Below are positions 16,628-21,281 of a stretch of DNA of 21,281 bases, in pieces; the first letter of the stretch is position 1; each line of letters begins with the position of its first letter. The notes under the pieces are model-generated. The model was not told the origin of the DNA and searched no databases. It worked only from the letters and a program-made list of their open reading frames with translations. Position numbers and translations under genes: made by a program. Origin of the DNA: Planctomycetota bacterium (GTDB lineage Bacteria > Planctomycetota > GCA-002687715 > DRQF01); assembly GCA_027001995.1 (NCBI GenBank), contig JALTLO010000052.1, positions 1 to 21,281 on the forward strand. Reading direction: 5' to 3'.

Positions 16628-18535
16628 TCAGACCGACACCGCGCCTGTTCTGACTCGCCGCCAGAAAACGACAAGAGCGCAGAACAGAAGAACTAAACCA
16701 GGGACGCCGTAAAGGTTGACTCTTAGAATCTTGGTCATCAATGGGTCGCCCTCTTTGATTTCTTTCAGTTGGCGACTCGAAACTTCTCGGTTCAGCAAAC
16801 GAAACATGCTCTTGGCATCATCGCCGTAACATAAGACGTCAATTGCATTGGCGGCAAAGCGAATAGACGAAAAGACAATCTTCATCGCCTCAGGGTCTTG
16901 GGCACGGCTTTGTTTCTTTTGAGCCACCATGTTGATGATTTGCCGCAACATGCTGTCGTGGACGAAATCAGCATCACCCATGACAAAGATCATTCCTTGA
17001 TCTTCAGCCCGATCTCTACGTCCATTGAGGAATTCTGGAGCCCAATCCACTTCCAAACCGCCGTTGGAAAGAACTTTGGGTGCTTCCTTTTTCTCATAAT
17101 AGGACCGAAATTTGCCACGGATAAGCGTGGCCACAATCTGTTGTTCTTTGGCCGCAGGTTCCGTCCACTCTTCAGGCACGGGAGAAAAGACTGTGTCCTT
17201 GAGGGAACGGTTCCAGCTGTTGGGTCCTGTACGCAAGATCACTTCATTCGTGGCGCCATGCTTCGCCAAGTTTTCCTCCACGATTGTCAGTGGTGATGCC
17301 CAGCAGAGCACAATGTCATCCGTCTTGGACAGCAGAGGCCAATCCTTAGAAACTTGATTGTCCACAACCGCAAGCCCCTCCTTGTTGCGCGTGGGGATCT
17401 TGGGCCAGGAAGGATAGGGCGCATCTTTGTAAATTGGCTTGGCGTAATACTGACGACGGTAAGAGGCAACTTCTCGGGAACGAATATACTGGATGTCAAA
17501 GTTGGACATGTCCTCCACAAAGGAGTTGCCCAAGCGGACGCCATAGTGCTCCAGGAACCCAGTCAAATTATGGTCGAAAGGCGTGACATCATAGGTTGGC
17601 AAGTCAAAATCCTGCATTTGTGCATTGCCAAGCTGGGTGACCTTCTGTTTTGGATCGTAGTTTACCCGCCCTTGATCGACGAAAAATGCCACCCGACCTC
17701 CACCCATAATGTACTGGTCAAGGATATACAAACCGGCACCAGAAAATGATTTGGGCCGATAGCAAAGAACAACATCAATCTCCTGGGGAATCGGTTCACC
17801 ACGGTTAACGGCGATTGGGTCAATCATGACCACATCATGACTGGCCTGAAGCCAACGTTTCAAAGTTTGAAGGCCTTGAACCTTGCGTTTCTCGGCGTTG
17901 ACAGCAGTGCGGTCTTGAGTCGGAACCAATTCAATCGGAGCCAAGACCCCGACGGTGCGCCTTTCGTGGGTGACATTCCGAATCGCTTGGGTGGTGAAGT
18001 ATTCAAGCTGAGAAGTGAATTGGCCCGGGTCGTGAAGGGTCGAACCTAAGTCTTGAAACAGGTTGATCACGCTTTTCCGGTCGCCATAGCGAAAAACCAT
18101 GGTGAGATAGCAGCTTAAGACTTTTTGCTGGGAAGCACCTTCTCGTTCTTGCAGAGGAACTGCCCCAATGTTCATGTCCTTCAGCTCGTTGAGAGCATCT
18201 TTGCTCCCTTCTGCGTCGGGGTCGATGATCTCATAGATCACTTTGCCATCGGACAATTCTTCGTATTCTGACAGTTTCTCAGCTACCGCACGCTCGACAT
18301 GGTTGTAACGCTTCGGAATCGTCGAAGAGAAATAGCACTTGACGCTCACAGTTCCTTCAAATTGAGAGAGAATGTTCTGAGAACTCTCACTCACCTCAAA
18401 GCGCTTGTCCTCCGTCAAATCCCAACGGAAATCTGCCGTACTCAGGATCATGTTGGCAACCAGAAGATTGGCTGCAACCAAGACACCGGACAAAACGGCA
18501 TTCCAAAACATCGCACCATTTTTTGGTTCTGACAT
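16628..18535 (-). CDS. GldG-like ABC transporter auxiliary component (ABC_transp_aux)
   Basis: N-terminal TM, RWDLTEDKRFEVS, IIDPD, LEY, LDQYIMGGG, GDADF, NAIDVL and a C-terminal TM ending WRR. Confidence 0.85.
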   Translation of the reverse strand: MSEPKNGAMFWNAVLSGVLVAANLLVANMILSTADFRWDLTEDKRFEVSESSQNILSQFEGTVSVKCYFSSTIPKRYNHVERAVAEKLSEYEELSDGKVIYEIIDPDAEGSKDALNELKDMNIGAVPLQEREGASQQKVLSCYLTMVFRYGDRKSVINLFQDLGSTLHDPGQFTSQLEYFTTQAIRNVTHERRTVGVLAPIELVPTQDRTAVNAEKRKVQGLQTLKRWLQASHDVVMIDPIAVNRGEPIPQEIDVVLCYRPKSFSGAGLYILDQYIMGGGRVAFFVDQGRVNYDPKQKVTQLGNAQMQDFDLPTYDVTPFDHNLTGFLEHYGVRLGNSFVEDMSNFDIQYIRSREVASYRRQYYAKPIYKDAPYPSWPKIPTRNKEGLAVVDNQVSKDWPLLSKTDDIVLCWASPLTIVEENLAKHGATNEVILRTGPNSWNRSLKDTVFSPVPEEWTEPAAKEQQIVATLIRGKFRSYYEKKEAPKVLSNGGLEVDWAPEFLNGRRDRAEDQGMIFVMGDADFVHDSMLRQIINMVAQKKQSRAQDPEAMKIVFSSIRFAANAIDVLCYGDDAKSMFRLLNREVSSRQLKEIKEGDPLMTKILRVNLYGVPGLVLLFCALVVFWRRVRTGAVSV

Positions 18536-18547
18536 GGTGATCTTCCT

Positions 18548-19306
18548 CTATTTCAGCCGTCTTGCTTCGACGACCGTGATGTTCAAATACACAAAGAGCA
18601 CGGTCACAGACAAGAAGTAGAACATATCTCGCAAGTCCAAAACTCCACGTTCGATGCTTTGGAAACGCACAGCGAATCCGACAAACTTTGCGATAGGAGA
18701 CAACCAATCTGGTGTTGGACTTTCGACGTAGGCGGTGCCAGCAAGTGCTAAAGGCAAACTGACAATGAAAGTCGCCAATAGTGCGATCACTTGCTCTCGA
18801 GTAAAAGAACTCATCAACAAGCCAACCGCGCAGTAGGCTGAACCCATCAGAAAAGCACCAACGTAACCACCGATGATTGGACCCCAATCAAGACCAACTA
18901 CCGCCGCCTCATTGACGGACCATGGGACGGTCAGAGAAAGGGCAAAAGTGATTGCCAAGATACTCAACATGGCCGAAAACTTGCCGATTACAACCTGCCA
19001 AGCTCGAACTGGCAAGGTCATCAGAGTCTCGATTGTTCCGCTCTTATATTCTTCTGGCCACATACGCATACAAAGCATAGGCACCAGAACACCAAGGGCG
19101 ATAGGGAAAACCGAGAAATAAGCGGTCAACGAGGCTTCTTGAGTGACGAAGAAGTTATCTCTTAATTGCCCCTGAGGCCCCTCCCCTCTCAGGAAGAAGA
19201 ACTTCAAGGCCGTCACGACCAGGAAGAACCAGATAAAGATGTAAGCGATGGGCGAGTTGAAGTAGCTCTTCAACTCTTTTCGCCAAATGGCAAGCATGCA
19301 GCTCAA
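18548..19306 (-). CDS. GldF-like ABC-2 type permease
   Basis: KELKSYFNSPIAY, MRMWPEEYKSGTIETLMTLPV...VIGKF and RGVLDLRD; TTG start overlapping the upstream stop (alternative ATG 19297). Confidence 0.92.
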   Translation of the reverse strand: MSCMLAIWRKELKSYFNSPIAYIFIWFFLVVTALKFFFLRGEGPQGQLRDNFFVTQEASLTAYFSVFPIALGVLVPMLCMRMWPEEYKSGTIETLMTLPVRAWQVVIGKFSAMLSILAITFALSLTVPWSVNEAAVVGLDWGPIIGGYVGAFLMGSAYCAVGLLMSSFTREQVIALLATFIVSLPLALAGTAYVESPTPDWLSPIAKFVGFAVRFQSIERGVLDLRDMFYFLSVTVLFVYLNITVVEARRLK

Positions 19307-20331
19307 CTCTTGTCTCCTATATCGGCGTCTTCGATTTCGGCATGCCCTTCAACATGGGGCTCAGTTTCGTTGGCCAAAATCAAGCTGCTCTGAGGCTCGC
19401 CCTCAGAATTGGTCAGTGACTTAAACACATCTTCTAGGGTCGCATTGGGCCGGACGATGCCGTGAATCTCCCACCCATTTTGAGCAGAAAGATCAATCAT
19501 GGGTTTGGTTGAAGTGCAGGACTCGGCCACACGAATTGTGATGGTACAACCCCGATGAGTCGTTTCAGCGACCAAGACTTCAGCAACGTCAACATGCTCG
19601 GCAAAAGTGCCCTTGACGTCACATGAGTCAGCGCCCAATTCAAGTTGGACGACATTGTCATCAGTTAGTGCGGCACCTAAGGCAGAAGGCGCTCCATTGG
19701 CAACAATCAAGCCTTCGTTAATAATCACCACTCGGCTACATGTCGCTTCTACCTCTGCCAAGATGTGACTCGATAAAACGACCGTGTTGCGTTCGCCGAT
19801 CTCGCGAATCAGGTTGCGAATCTCGATAATTTGATTGGGATCAAGACCAACTGTAGGCTCATCCAAGATCACCAACTTGGGGTCATGAATAATGGCTTGG
19901 GCAAGACCAACCCGCTGTCGATACCCTTTCGACAGTGTCTTGATACCGGAGCGTCGTTTAGGTTCGAGAGCACACACCCCTAAGACGTACTGAAGACGCT
20001 CGGCCCGCAAAGTTCCCCGCAGTCCACGCACATCAGCGATGAATGACAAATATTCGGTCACCGTCATGTCTTCATACAAAGGAGCGTGTTCGGGCAAGTA
20101 TCCGATGACACGGCGTACGGCCATGGAATCTTGGACCACATCCCTTTGGTCTACCGTGATAGTTCCCGAACTCATGGTCATGAATCCGACAGCGATTTTC
20201 ATCGTTGTCGTCTTCCCCGCTCCATTGGGTCCGAGAAAACCGACGATCTCTCCTTTAGCGACGTCGAAGCTGATCCCCCGAACCGCATGGAAAGCGCCGT
20301 AATATTTATGCAGATCTCTTACTTCAAGCAT
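19303..20331 (-). CDS. GldA-like ABC transporter ATP-binding protein
   Basis: GPNGAGKTT, LSKGYRQRVGLAQA, ILDEPTVGLDP and SSH. Confidence 0.95.
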   Translation of the reverse strand: MLEVRDLHKYYGAFHAVRGISFDVAKGEIVGFLGPNGAGKTTTMKIAVGFMTMSSGTITVDQRDVVQDSMAVRRVIGYLPEHAPLYEDMTVTEYLSFIADVRGLRGTLRAERLQYVLGVCALEPKRRSGIKTLSKGYRQRVGLAQAIIHDPKLVILDEPTVGLDPNQIIEIRNLIREIGERNTVVLSSHILAEVEATCSRVVIINEGLIVANGAPSALGAALTDDNVVQLELGADSCDVKGTFAEHVDVAEVLVAETTHRGCTITIRVAESCTSTKPMIDLSAQNGWEIHGIVRPNATLEDVFKSLTNSEGEPQSSLILANETEPHVEGHAEIEDADIGDKS

Positions 20332-20630
20332 GATCCTCTTCCATGTGTATCTCTGATCGAGAAACCTTTGACCATTTCAAAATCCGAAACTGTTTGACAC
20401 CGCAAACTGTCAACTCGGGCCCCAATCGGCCCATTCTCCAAATGCATTTTCATTCGTTCAACGTCGGCGGGCGAGCCCCAGAAGAATACTTCGACATCTC
20501 CATTAAAAAGGTTGCGCACCCATCCTTGAAGTCCCAAAGATCGGGCCCTTTTCTTGGTGAACCAGCGAAATCCAACGCCTTGCACCCGGCCCTGAACGAT
20601 GCCATGAATTCCCACCCGCCGTTCACTCAT
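20319..20630 (-). CDS. acyP: Acylphosphatase
   Basis: VQGRVQGVGFR and GWVRN..NGDVE signatures. Confidence 0.93.
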   Translation of the reverse strand: MSERRVGIHGIVQGRVQGVGFRWFTKKRARSLGLQGWVRNLFNGDVEVFFWGSPADVERMKMHLENGPIGARVDSLRCQTVSDFEMVKGFSIRDTHGRGSCLK

Positions 20631-21281
20631 TTGAACGCTGTCATCCTGCCTTTGAAATTCGAAACAATCAAAAGCCCATCAATCAAGACAGGTTGGCATC
20701 TGCTACTGTCGCCAAATTTGGCCTGCCACTTGATCTCGCCGGTCTTAGGATCAATTCCGTAGGCATTGGCATTGCCGCATGTCATATAAATGAGCTTCTT
20801 GCCAACGCAAGGGGCCACCGCCCCATTCCCCACCAGTTTCGTCTTCCAGGTGAGATGCCCCGTCACCCCATGATAAGCACGCAATTCGTTTCTCATATGA
20901 ACGAGGACATTCTCCCCGCTCAAGGCTAGGCTATGGGACCCGGCGACATTGCCACGTTGCTTCCAGCGTTCAACCCCATCAACAAGATCGAAACAGCGAA
21001 GCCCTCCGCCTAATGTGGTGAAGTAAGCACATCCAAAGGCAATCAAAGGCGTAGAAGCCGAAACTTTATTAAGTTCGTAGCGCTGAATCGCCTGACCATT
21101 GCGAATATCAACAACATGCAGAAAGCCATCATGGGCGGGGAATATCGCTGTGTCCGGCCCCAAGAATCCGCAACTCGACCCGAGCATCTTTTGCGAGGTC
21201 CAATAGCGCCATAGTTCTTTGCCCGTGTTCTTGTCGAAGGCGAAGAAATTACCATCGGTGCAATTCACCAGAAGTTTGTCA
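20627..21281 (-). CDS. PQQ-like beta-propeller repeat protein (BamB-like), 5' end outside the window
   Basis: Repeated G...A.D..TG...W blades (FDKNTGKELW, IDPKTGEIKW); frame is open to the window edge; 4-nt overlap with acyP. Confidence 0.85.
   Translation of the reverse strand, partial: DKLLVNCTDGNFFAFDKNTGKELWRYWTSQKMLGSSCGFLGPDTAIFPAHDGFLHVVDIRNGQAIQRYELNKVSASTPLIAFGCAYFTTLGGGLRCFDLVDGVERWKQRGNVAGSHSLALSGENVLVHMRNELRAYHGVTGHLTWKTKLVGNGAVAPCVGKKLIYMTCGNANAYGIDPKTGEIKWQAKFGDSSRCQPVLIDGLLIVSNFKGRMTAFK

Noticed and set aside
1..21281. CRISPR array, IS element, integrase or rRNA
   Set aside because: No regularly spaced repeats, terminal inverted repeats or recombinase ORFs were seen by eye.

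Overview
Bacterial chromosomal window, most likely from a Planctomycetota genome (inferred from the TPR-tandem-alphaCTD protein, the FVDWNEVRV-type EndoIII-like protein and the Ffh DxQRPAA variant). Left part: a minus-strand ffh-rpsP-(EndoIII-like Fe-S protein) string. The EndoIII-like gene is missing from the ORF track because it runs off the window edge. Divergent from it is a TPR protein with two RNA polymerase alpha-CTD domains behind a structured leader. Centre (about 4.43-14.78 kb): a self-contained inorganic-carbon uptake module. A HAMP histidine kinase and a sigma54 NtrC-family activator face away from a tightly coupled SulP - DabA (DUF2309) - DabB (NuoL-like) - extra NuoM-like operon. 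A -24/-12 sigma54 promoter and palindromic enhancer-like sites lie between them. The activator gene is split by an exact 5-bp tandem duplication that also creates an ATGA stop/start overlap. The block is bracketed by a short imperfect direct repeat. Right part: a stand-alone ruvA, then a minus-strand operon of PQQ-like beta-propeller, acylphosphatase, GldA/F/G-like ABC system and a DUF4340 protein. No rRNA, tRNA, CRISPR or transposase was recognised. All calls come from reading motifs by eye; no searches were run.
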